Source: Thermoplasmata archaeon
Lineage (GTDB): Archaea; Thermoplasmatota; Thermoplasmata; Lutacidiplasmatales; UBA184
Direction of reading: 5' to 3'
DNA length: 64,000 nt
Assembly: GCA_049585415.1 (NCBI GenBank)
Contig: JBAUZT010000005.1
Coordinates: forward strand, 3,480-67,479
Of the stretch, positions 1 to 8,218 are shown in pieces. The translations under genes were made by a program, and so were the position numbers. Under the pieces are notes generated by a model. That model was not told the DNA's origin. It made no database searches and saw nothing but the letters and a program-made list of their open reading frames with translations. Each line of letters begins with the position of its first letter. The first letter of the stretch is position 1.

Positions 1-1
1 C

Positions 2-520
2 CTCGGACGGGAGGGGAAGGGGTTCGAGTGTGCGATGGAGGGGTTCTCCATCGCGCGCACGTTCGTCAGCGCGGCGTGCATCGGCGCGGCCGAGCGGGCG
101 CTCGAGACCGGAATGGCGTACATCCGGGAGCGGCAGGCGTTCGGTCAGCCGCTCGGAAAGTTCGAAGGCATCCAATTCGAGCTGGTCGACCTGTGGACCC
201 AGGTCGAGGCGGTCAAGTGGCAATGTCGTCGCGCCGCCTGGCTGCTCGACACCTACACGCTGAAAGGGGACGATTCCCACCGCTCGGAAGTCGACCGGGC
301 GGTCGCGAGCGTCAAGCTCACCGCCCCCCCGATCGCGTTCGAGTGCGTGAAGCGCGTCATGATGTGGTTCGGGGCCGCGGGGTACACCAAGGAGGTCGGG
401 CTCGAGCTCGGCCTCCGCGGGATCATGTCCTACCTCGTCGGCGCGGAGGGCGGGCTCAACATCATGCGGATCATCCTCGGTCGCGAGCTCCTCGGCAAGG
501 AGTTCCTCCCGTACAAGTGA
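2..520 (+). CDS. Acyl-CoA dehydrogenase, C-terminal domain; 5' end lies outside the window
   Basis: Reading frame is open from the window edge. The translation is the characteristic C-terminal helical domain of acyl-CoA dehydrogenases (…FGQPLGKFEGIQFELVDLWTQVEA…GAAGYTKE…LNIMRIILGRELLG). Confidence 0.8.
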   Translation, partial: LGREGKGFECAMEGFSIARTFVSAACIGAAERALETGMAYIRERQAFGQPLGKFEGIQFELVDLWTQVEAVKWQCRRAAWLLDTYTLKGDDSHRSEVDRAVASVKLTAPPIAFECVKRVMMWFGAAGYTKEVGLELGLRGIMSYLVGAEGGLNIMRIILGRELLGKEFLPYK

Positions 521-527
521 GCCGGCG

Positions 528-1523
528 ATGACGGGTCGGACCCGGTCGAAGCGCCACGTCGTCCGGGAACGCGATTTTCACCGGTGGCTCTCGCGGAACC
601 TCCCCGCGGGCCGCACGGGCCTCCTCCCGATCGGTGACGATGCGGCGGCCCTTCGACCGCTCCCCCGGCACGTCGCGGTGATCTCCACCGATACCCTCGT
701 CGAGGGCTCGCACTTCCTCCCGGACTCCCCGCCGGAGAAGGTCGGGGCCGCCGCAGCGGGGGTCAGCCTGTCCGATGTCGCCGCGAAGGGCGCGACCCCC
801 GATGCGATTCTGCTCGCGCTCGTGCTGCCCGTCGGGAGCGACCAGGGGTGGGCCGAGTCGGTGCTCCGCGGCGCCGAGCGGATGGGCGCGAAGTTCGGCG
901 CCCACGTCGTCGGCGGGGACACGAAACCCGGGCGAGTGCGGGCCGTGATCAGCACCGTGCTCGGCTGGGGCGACGCGGCCCACCTCGCGCCCCGGACCGG
1001 GGCGCGTCCGGGAGACCTCCTCGCGGTCACCGGCGACGTCGGCCGAGGCGGATTGGCGGCGTTCCGAATTCGCGCGGGAGGGGCGACGGCCCGCCGAGCC
1101 CGACTCGAGATGCTCGAGGTACGTCCGCGGGTCCGGGAAGGGATCGCGCTCGCGCCGTTCGCGCACTCGCTCATCGACACCTCGGACGGGATCGCCGACT
1201 CCGCTCACCTCATCGCCCGGGCGAGCGGGGTGCGCCTCGTCATCGAGGAGGAGCGGCTCCCTCTGATCCGCGGTGCGCGCACGGCCGCCCGGTCGCGGGC
1301 CGCACTCCGTGCGCTCGCGTTCTTCGGAGGCGACTACGAACTGTTCGCCGCGATCGCGCGGAAGGATTGGGCCCGCGCCGAACAGGCGGTCCGGCGGAGC
1401 GGCGGGCGCCTTACGCCCGTCGGGCGGGTCGAGCGGGGCCGCGGGGCCTGGCTCGAATCGCGCGGTATCCGCGCGCCCATGCCGGCGGCCGGTTGGCAGC
1501 CGTTCGGGGCCGCGTCCCGGTGA
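528..1523 (+). CDS. thiL: Thiamine-monophosphate kinase (AIR synthase-related family)
   Basis: N-terminal IGDDAA…ISTDTLVEGSHF motif and GGDT motif typical of ThiL/PurM-like proteins; 331 aa. Confidence 0.8.
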   Translation: MTGRTRSKRHVVRERDFHRWLSRNLPAGRTGLLPIGDDAAALRPLPRHVAVISTDTLVEGSHFLPDSPPEKVGAAAAGVSLSDVAAKGATPDAILLALVLPVGSDQGWAESVLRGAERMGAKFGAHVVGGDTKPGRVRAVISTVLGWGDAAHLAPRTGARPGDLLAVTGDVGRGGLAAFRIRAGGATARRARLEMLEVRPRVREGIALAPFAHSLIDTSDGIADSAHLIARASGVRLVIEEERLPLIRGARTAARSRAALRALAFFGGDYELFAAIARKDWARAEQAVRRSGGRLTPVGRVERGRGAWLESRGIRAPMPAAGWQPFGAASR

Positions 1524-1632
1524 GCGGGGGCCTCTTTTCGCCCTCCGGAATCCCGTGTTGAACTGTCGCAGGGTTCTCGCTACGCTCAAGTAGGGGCCAC
1601 CGGGTTCCGCGGTACCCGCGAGGGGAAGAGAT

Positions 1633-2892
1633 ATGGCGAACACCTCCACCATTAATCCGTTCGAAACGGCGAAGCAGCAAGTCGACATCGTCGCGGACCT
1701 GATCGGCCTCGACCAAGGCGTTCGAGAGGTCCTGAAGCATCCGAAACGCGAGCTGACGGTCAACTTCCCGGTGCGGATGGATGACGGCTCCTACCGGGTC
1801 TACACCGGCTACCGCGTCCAGTACAACATGGCCCGCGGTCCCACGAAGGGCGGGATCCGCTACCACCCGCAGGTGACGCTGGACGAGGTCCGCGCGCTCG
1901 CCGCGTGGATGACGTGGAAGTGCGCGGTCGTCAACATCCCCTACGGCGGAGCGAAGGGCGGCGTCGTCTGCGACCCGAAGCACATGTCCCAGGGCGAGCT
2001 CGAACGGTTGACCCGCCGCTACGCGAGCGAGATCGCCCTGATCATCGGTCCCGAGATGGACATTCCCGCGCCCGACGTCTACACCGACAGCCAGACGATG
2101 GCGTGGATCATGGACACGTACTCGATGCTGAAGGGCTACTCGGTCCCGGGCGTCGTCACGGGAAAGCCGATCAGCCTGGGCGGCAGCGAAGGGCGGGGCG
2201 AAGCGACGGGACGCGGCTGCGCCTACGTCATCCGCGAGGCCGCGAAGGACCTCGGCGTGAAGGTCCGGGGCGGCACGGTCGCGGTCCAGGGATTCGGGAA
2301 CGCGGGCAGTGTCGCCGCGAACATCCTCGCGGACGAGCAGGGCGCGAAGATCGTCGCCGTTTCCGACTCGAAGGGCGGAATCTACAAGGCGGACGGGTTC
2401 AACCCGCACGCGGTCGAGGAGCACAAGAAGAAGACCGGTTCGGTCGTCGGCTTCCCCGGCGCGAAGTCGGTCTCGAACGAGGAGATCCTCGAGACGAAGG
2501 CCGACGTCCTGATCCCCGCCGCGCTCGAGAACCAGATCACGAAGAAGAACGCCGACAAGATCCAAGCGAAGATCGTCGCCGAGGCGGCGAACGGCCCGAC
2601 CCTCCCCGAGGCGGACAAGGTCCTCTTCGAGAAGAAGATCACCGTGCTCCCGGACGTCCTCGCGAACGCGGGGGGCGTCACGGTCAGCTACTTCGAGTGG
2701 GCGCAGGACATCCAGGGATACTACTGGGCCCTCGACGAGGTCAACACCCGTCTCGAGCGCGTCATGGTCCGCTCCTACAGCGACGTACACAAGATCGCGA
2801 CCGACCGGCACATCCACAACCGGACGGCCGCCTACGTCCTCGCGATCCAGCGGGTCGTCGACGCGATCAAGATCCGCGGGATCTACCCGTAG
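1633..2892 (+). CDS. gdhA: Glutamate dehydrogenase (Glu/Leu/Phe/Val dehydrogenase family)
   Basis: 419 aa. Motifs GGIRYHP…PYGGAKGG and GFGNAGS (NAD(P)-binding). A GAGGGG Shine-Dalgarno-like sequence sits 8 nt upstream of the ATG. Confidence 0.93.
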   Translation: MANTSTINPFETAKQQVDIVADLIGLDQGVREVLKHPKRELTVNFPVRMDDGSYRVYTGYRVQYNMARGPTKGGIRYHPQVTLDEVRALAAWMTWKCAVVNIPYGGAKGGVVCDPKHMSQGELERLTRRYASEIALIIGPEMDIPAPDVYTDSQTMAWIMDTYSMLKGYSVPGVVTGKPISLGGSEGRGEATGRGCAYVIREAAKDLGVKVRGGTVAVQGFGNAGSVAANILADEQGAKIVAVSDSKGGIYKADGFNPHAVEEHKKKTGSVVGFPGAKSVSNEEILETKADVLIPAALENQITKKNADKIQAKIVAEAANGPTLPEADKVLFEKKITVLPDVLANAGGVTVSYFEWAQDIQGYYWALDEVNTRLERVMVRSYSDVHKIATDRHIHNRTAAYVLAIQRVVDAIKIRGIYP

Positions 2893-2916
2893 GTCGGCTC
2901 GGGGCAACATCGGTCG

Positions 2917-3534
2917 ATGGCGGAGCTGCCGCGCTGCCGTCTCGCCACCTGGGCGGACGTCGACGGCTGGGCCGACCGGCTCGCCGCCCAGATCCGAGAG
3001 AAGGCGAAGGTCCCGGGGACGATCGTCGGGCTCACGCGCGGGGGCTGGGTCCCCGCGCGCCTGGTGGCCGACCGCCTCGGGGTGAAGCGGATGATCTCGC
3101 TCCGCGCGCAGCACTGGGGCGTGACCGCGGTGCCCACCGGGGCCGCGGAGGTCACGGAAGGGCTGAGCGGCCCCGTGAACGGCCACACCGTGCTCGTCGT
3201 GGACGACATCACCGACACCGGAGAGAGCCTCTCCCTCGCGATGGCCCACGTCCGCGCCGAGGGACCGGACCGCGTCGAGAGCGCGACGCTCCTGCACATC
3301 GCGCATTCGAAGTACGTCCCGACGTACTTCGGCGAAGCGATCCCCGCGGACGCCTGGGTGTGGGTCGTCTTTCCGTGGAACTACTGGGAGGATATCGCCG
3401 CCCTCGCCCAACGGGCGGCCGAGCGCGGCGGCCCGGGGATCGACCGGGTCCGGGCCTCGCTCCACGAATGGTGCGGCCTGGACGTGCCGCGAGAGGACCT
3501 CGAACGGGTCGCGAAGTGGGTCGCGATCGAGTAG
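2917..3534 (+). CDS. Purine phosphoribosyltransferase (hypoxanthine/guanine PRTase-like)
   Basis: PRPP-binding motif VLVVDDITDTGESL; 205 aa; type I PRTase fold. Confidence 0.75.
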   Translation: MAELPRCRLATWADVDGWADRLAAQIREKAKVPGTIVGLTRGGWVPARLVADRLGVKRMISLRAQHWGVTAVPTGAAEVTEGLSGPVNGHTVLVVDDITDTGESLSLAMAHVRAEGPDRVESATLLHIAHSKYVPTYFGEAIPADAWVWVVFPWNYWEDIAALAQRAAERGGPGIDRVRASLHEWCGLDVPREDLERVAKWVAIE

Positions 3535-3546
3535 GGCGTTCGGCGC

Positions 3547-4635
3547 TCAGCTTGATGACGCCGGTTCGGGGACCGCCCGGGCCGCGAGCATCTTGAAGTA
3601 CTGCTGGAGGACGCCGGCCCCGACCACAAGGCCGAACCCGCCGAACAACAGCACGAAGAGGATCGGGAGGGTCGCTACTCCGCTGATCCCCTGAAGGTAC
3701 CGCACGAGCAGCACGATCCCGAAGCTGACGAACCCGATCCCGACGATCGAGGTCGTCGCGACCGCGAAGGATCGGGGGAAGCGTCCCCGCGAGAGCATCC
3801 GCCGGATCGCGCGTCCCGTCTCCCAGACGACCGCGCCGATGAGCCACCAAAGGAGCGCCGCCGTGAGGAAGAAAAGGACGCGGTCGAGGGTCCCACCGGA
3901 GCCGTTCACGTAGCTATTGTACCCGGAAAGAAAGCCGACCCCGACGAGCGCGATCGAGAAAAGCCCGAAGCCGAACGCCACCGACCCCTGGCGGATGTCG
4001 GTCGACGCCCCCCGGACCGAATCGATGATCGCCTCGTCGATGTCGAACGTCCAGAAGATCAGATAGACCCCGAGGACGATCGCGAGGCCGATGACGCCCC
4101 AGAGGATGACCCCGCTCGCCGCCGCGACCCCGAGGATGAGCAGGACGAGGGCGAACGGGAGGACGGTCTTCGCCCGAAGTTTCGGGTCTTTGAGCGCCCG
4201 GACCACGGTGTAGTACGTCGACTCGATGCTCGCGTTCTGCCGAACGTAGACCCGACGGACGCCGTCGACCTTCACGCGGGAGGCCAGGATCGGGAACAGG
4301 TACTCGTCCTCCGCGCCGTCGCTGACGAGGTAGGCCGACTTCGCGCCCGTGCGCCCCAACACATCGTCGAACTGGTCCGCGACGCGGCGGTCCGAGAGGA
4401 CGCCGACCTTGCCCGAGCCGGTGAGGATACAGACCTCGCACTCTTCGCCGGCGCCGCGCAGCTCGTCGAGCAGGCTCACCGACGCGAACAGCGCGTTCGT
4501 GTCGGAGTCCTCGGGGTCGACCGTGCCGAGCTTGACTGCCGCCTCGAGCACGCTGGCACGACCGACGACCGGTCCCGAGACCGAGGCCTTTCGACCGAGG
4601 TCGTCGTCGCGGTCGATGCAGACGACGAGGCGCAT
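3547..4635 (-). CDS. DUF373-family archaeal integral membrane protein
   Basis: N-terminus MRLVVCIDRDDDLGRK followed by several predicted transmembrane helices; matches the archaeal DUF373 pattern as I recall it. Confidence 0.7.
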   Translation of the reverse strand: MRLVVCIDRDDDLGRKASVSGPVVGRASVLEAAVKLGTVDPEDSDTNALFASVSLLDELRGAGEECEVCILTGSGKVGVLSDRRVADQFDDVLGRTGAKSAYLVSDGAEDEYLFPILASRVKVDGVRRVYVRQNASIESTYYTVVRALKDPKLRAKTVLPFALVLLILGVAAASGVILWGVIGLAIVLGVYLIFWTFDIDEAIIDSVRGASTDIRQGSVAFGFGLFSIALVGVGFLSGYNSYVNGSGGTLDRVLFFLTAALLWWLIGAVVWETGRAIRRMLSRGRFPRSFAVATTSIVGIGFVSFGIVLLVRYLQGISGVATLPILFVLLFGGFGLVVGAGVLQQYFKMLAARAVPEPASSS

Positions 4636-4764
4636 GGCCCACGCACTATGGCCGGTGGGGACGATAATGGATTCGTCGTGGAGTATACGACGAGATACCC
4701 TGCGGGGGCGGGCGCGCGTCCGCCGCCCACCCTTTTACGTACCCGACCCCCCTTGGGCGCTCGG

Positions 4765-6192
4765 ATGGCCGAGCTCCCCGACAAGCGCGCCGCGTTCATC
4801 GACTGGTACCTCGCGGTCGTCGAGGGGGCCGGGCTCACGGACAAGCGCTACCCGGTGAAGGGGATGAACGTCTGGACCCCCTACGGGTTCCGGGCGCGAC
4901 GGAACCTGGATGCGGTGCTGATCCGGGAGATCGAGGCGACCGGCTCCGCGGCGGTCGAGTTCCCCGCGCTGATCCCCGAGACCGAGTTCGCGAAGGAGAA
5001 GGAGCACATCAAGGGGTTCGACGCGCAGGTCTACTGGGTCACCCGGGGCGGGCTCTCGCCGCTCGACATTCCCCTCGCGCTCCGCCCCACCAGCGAGACC
5101 GCGATCTACCCCGTCTTCGCGCTCTGGGTGCGGTCGCATCGCGACCTTCCGCTCAACGTCTACCAGATCGTGAACGTGTTCCGGTATGAGACGAAGACGA
5201 CACGACCGTTCCTGCGGATCCGGGAGATCCACTTCTTCGAGGAGCACACCTGCCAGGCGAACGAGGAGCACGCGGACGCCCGGGTGCGGTCGAACCTCGG
5301 CGCGTTCCGAAAGATGGCAGAGGCGTTCGCCCTTCCCTACCTCGCGATCCGACGCCCGGACTGGGACAAGTTCCCCGGGGCGTTCTACTCCATCGCGTTC
5401 GACACCCCTGTCGGGGACGCGCGGACCCTGCAGATCGGCACCGTCCACCACTACCGGGAGAACTTCTCCCGGCCGTACGAGATCCGGTACGAGGCGGCGG
5501 ACGGGAGCCAGCAGTACGTTCACCAGACGACGTTCGGGCTCTCCGAGCGCCTCCTCGGCGCCATCGTCGCCGTCCACGGCGATGCGAAAGGCGCGGTGTT
5601 CCCGACCGCGGTCGCCCCCTACCAGGTCGTCGTGATCCCAATCCTCGGGACGGACGCCGGCGAGGGCCCGGTCCAGACCGCGACGGAGGTCGCCGAACGA
5701 CTTCGTCGTCACGGTCTCCGCGTCCACCTGGACGATGGCGACGAGCGCCCGGGGGCGAAGTACTATCACTGGGAGCTGGCCGGGGTCCCGCTCCGCCTGG
5801 ACGTCGGCCGGCGGGAGGCGGAGTCCCGGTCGGCGACCGCGGTCGACCGGCTCGGTCGGAAGAGCCGGGTCGGCCTCGACCAACTCGAACACGAGGTCGC
5901 GGAACGTCTCCGGGAGTTCGACCGGGCGCTCGCACAGCGGGCGCACGAGGCGTTCGTCGCCTCGTTCTCGGTCGCTCGCTCCCTCGACGAGCTCACCGGT
6001 TCGACGACCGTCCGGCTGGTCGGTTGGTGCGGCGCGGAAGAGTGCGGCCATCGGATCGAGACCGCGATGGACGGCGCCCTTCTCGGGACGCCGGAGGAAC
6101 CGCTTCCCGTCGCGCCCGGCGAGGCCGTTCAGTGCATCGCCTGCGGCGAGGCGGAGAACGTCCGCTGGGCGGTCGCGGCGCGACCCCTCTAG
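4765..6192 (+). CDS. proS: Proline--tRNA ligase, archaeal/eukaryotic type
   Basis: Class II aaRS motifs with an archaeal-type C-terminal zinc-binding extension (…GWCGAEECGHRIE…CIACGE). Start chosen at MAELPDKR (4765), 25–30 nt downstream of a TTTTACGTA TATA-like box; the ORF-track start at 4648 is rejected. Confidence 0.9.
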   Translation: MAELPDKRAAFIDWYLAVVEGAGLTDKRYPVKGMNVWTPYGFRARRNLDAVLIREIEATGSAAVEFPALIPETEFAKEKEHIKGFDAQVYWVTRGGLSPLDIPLALRPTSETAIYPVFALWVRSHRDLPLNVYQIVNVFRYETKTTRPFLRIREIHFFEEHTCQANEEHADARVRSNLGAFRKMAEAFALPYLAIRRPDWDKFPGAFYSIAFDTPVGDARTLQIGTVHHYRENFSRPYEIRYEAADGSQQYVHQTTFGLSERLLGAIVAVHGDAKGAVFPTAVAPYQVVVIPILGTDAGEGPVQTATEVAERLRRHGLRVHLDDGDERPGAKYYHWELAGVPLRLDVGRREAESRSATAVDRLGRKSRVGLDQLEHEVAERLREFDRALAQRAHEAFVASFSVARSLDELTGSTTVRLVGWCGAEECGHRIETAMDGALLGTPEEPLPVAPGEAVQCIACGEAENVRWAVAARPL

Positions 6193-6208
6193 GGCCGCGG
6201 ACTCTCGC

Positions 6209-6469
6209 CTAGGTGCTGGGCGGCGCCGGGGCCGGCGGATTGGGAAGGACGAGCCACATGCCGGCGAGCCCGAAGAGCAGCAGGGTGATGACGACGGCGT
6301 ACACTCCGTTGTCGATCCACACGCCGAAGGAGACTCCCCACCAGACGTAGAACGCGACCGCCAGGACGACGAGCGAAGCGAACCCCCAGAACGAAACCTG
6401 GCGGGTGAACGACATCTGGCGGAACCGGGCCGACTCCGGTTCCCCGGGGGGAAGCTCCGCGTCCGCCAT
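6209..6469 (-). CDS. Small hypothetical membrane protein with two predicted TM helices
   Basis: 86 aa with two hydrophobic helices (FWGFASLVVLAVAFYVWW and AVVITLLLFGLAGMWLVL). No recognisable family. Confidence 0.45.
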   Translation of the reverse strand: MADAELPPGEPESARFRQMSFTRQVSFWGFASLVVLAVAFYVWWGVSFGVWIDNGVYAVVITLLLFGLAGMWLVLPNPPAPAPPST

Positions 6470-6568
6470 CGGTGGTCATCGACCCGGCCCTCGTTAGATA
6501 ACCCTTACGGGGCGGCCGTCGACTCGGACGCGAGAAACCCTCGGGGGGCCCAACCACAGTTTTAACCG

Positions 6569-8176
6569 ATGTCCCGGACTAGAACGGTTCCGATGGCCGA
6601 AGCGCCGGAGGGGAGGGCCGGGCTCCCCGACGAGGCGACCGAGTTCGAGCGCCTCACCCCCGAGCAGCACCGGATCCTCGCCTACGCGAGTTCGATCGGC
6701 TCCGAGTTCGACTTCGGCCTCCTGGTCGCGGCGATGGGCCTCGGGGAGGAGCCGCTCGCGGAGCAGCTCGAGCACCTCGTCCACCTCGGGATCCTCCGGG
6801 AACGGACCGGCGGCGACCGGTTCAGTTTCGCGGAAGAAGAGTTCCGCGCCCGGGTCTATCGGTCCTTGACGGAGAGCCGCCTCCGGGTCCTCCATCGGAA
6901 GATCGCGGAGGCGATGGAGCGAAAATATCCGGAGCCGTCCCCCCAGCTCGTCGCCGAGCTCGGGCGGCACTTCTTTCTCGGGAAGCTCCCCGAAAAATCG
7001 CGGACGTACAACCGGAGGGCCGCCGAACGGGCCCGGGGCGCGGACGACCCCGAGACCGCCGCCGAGCACCTCGAGCGGGTCCGCGTCGACCTCGAAGCGG
7101 TGCGCTCGAGCCAACCCCACGACCTCGCGGAGGTGGACGAGGCCCTGGGAGAGCTGTACTACTCCGTCGGCAACTTCGGCGCCGCGGACCGATACTTCAC
7201 GGAGGCGCTCGGACTGCTCGGGAGCGACCAGCCCCGGATCCGGGCACGGCTGCTGCTCGCCCGCGCCGAGATCGCGCGAGAGAACCTCGACGTCGAGACC
7301 GCCACCCGGCTCGCGCTCGATGCCCAGAAGATGTTCGAGGCCGTCGACGACCGGCTCGGAAGCGCCCAGACGTACCGCCTGCTCGGCCGGGTCGCCTTCC
7401 ACCGGGGCGCGTACCGTGAGGCGCTCGACGAGAGCATGCGCGCGCTCGAGGCGGTCGGCGAGCGACGGGACCCGCGCCTCATCGGCGAGTTGTCGATCGA
7501 TATCGGGAACTCGTTCGCGCTCTTGGGGCCCGACGTGCGCTCGGAGGCGCTCCACTGGTACGACCGGGCGATCGAGCGCCTCACCCCGGTTCGCGACTGG
7601 GTCGAGCTCTCGCGCGCCTACCACAACCTCGGCGTGGCCGTCGGCGAGAGCCATCCTCAGGATGGGCTCGACCAGCTCGAACGGGCCCGGGAGATGGGCG
7701 ACCGGGCCCACGACCCTCGGTCCGTCGGGCGGTCGCTGCTCTCGGGCGTCGAGCTCCGCCTCGCGCTCGGGCAGCTCGAAGAGGCCGCGCGCGACAACGA
7801 ACAGGCCGGCCGACTGTTGGAACGGCTCGCCGACGAGCTCGGACTCGAGCAGGTCGAGGTCAATCGGGGCCTGATCGCCGAGAAGCTGGGACAGTGGGAG
7901 GACGCCGAACGGGCGTTCGAGAAGGCGATCGAGATCAGCCGACGGTTCCGGCTCCGGGCGGACGAGTCCGAGGTGTACTTCTATCTCGCCCGTTTGCGAT
8001 TCAAGACCCGCGACCTCGAGGGGGCGCGCCACGCCTTCCGCGCCGCGACGACACTCGGAGTGACGGAGCTGCGCCCGAACCTCGCCGCGGGCGTCGCCGA
8101 GCTGGCGCGTCAGCTGGAGAGCGCGGGAGAGCCGGCCCCCGCGACCGAGCCCGAGGGCACTCCCCGGACCTCGTGA
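6569..8176 (+). CDS. Winged-helix plus TPR-repeat protein; paralog of the C-terminal two thirds of the downstream STAND NTPase, with no NTPase domain
   Basis: N-terminal segment ILAYASSIGSEFDFGLLVAAM…LEHLVHLGILRE…FSFAEEEFRARVYRSL…RLRVLHRKIAEAME parallels the post-ATPase winged-helix segment of the next gene. Remainder is TPR-like helical repeats. Confidence 0.7.
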   Translation: MSRTRTVPMAEAPEGRAGLPDEATEFERLTPEQHRILAYASSIGSEFDFGLLVAAMGLGEEPLAEQLEHLVHLGILRERTGGDRFSFAEEEFRARVYRSLTESRLRVLHRKIAEAMERKYPEPSPQLVAELGRHFFLGKLPEKSRTYNRRAAERARGADDPETAAEHLERVRVDLEAVRSSQPHDLAEVDEALGELYYSVGNFGAADRYFTEALGLLGSDQPRIRARLLLARAEIARENLDVETATRLALDAQKMFEAVDDRLGSAQTYRLLGRVAFHRGAYREALDESMRALEAVGERRDPRLIGELSIDIGNSFALLGPDVRSEALHWYDRAIERLTPVRDWVELSRAYHNLGVAVGESHPQDGLDQLERAREMGDRAHDPRSVGRSLLSGVELRLALGQLEEAARDNEQAGRLLERLADELGLEQVEVNRGLIAEKLGQWEDAERAFEKAIEISRRFRLRADESEVYFYLARLRFKTRDLEGARHAFRAATTLGVTELRPNLAAGVAELARQLESAGEPAPATEPEGTPRTS

Positions 8177-8218
8177 ACGCCGACCAATCGATTATCTACC
8201 CGGGGCGCGTCAAAAACG

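Noticed and set aside
1411-3465. 684-aa ORF on the minus strand (similar long ORFs at 8210–10501, 11402–13582, 12256–14574, 14278–15831, 47931–49349, 51775–55017, 58911–61121 and many others)
   Set aside because: These translations are Arg/Pro/Gly/Ala-rich with no recognisable motifs, and each lies antisense or out of frame to a well-supported conserved gene. They are typical stop-codon-poor shadow ORFs of high-GC DNA.
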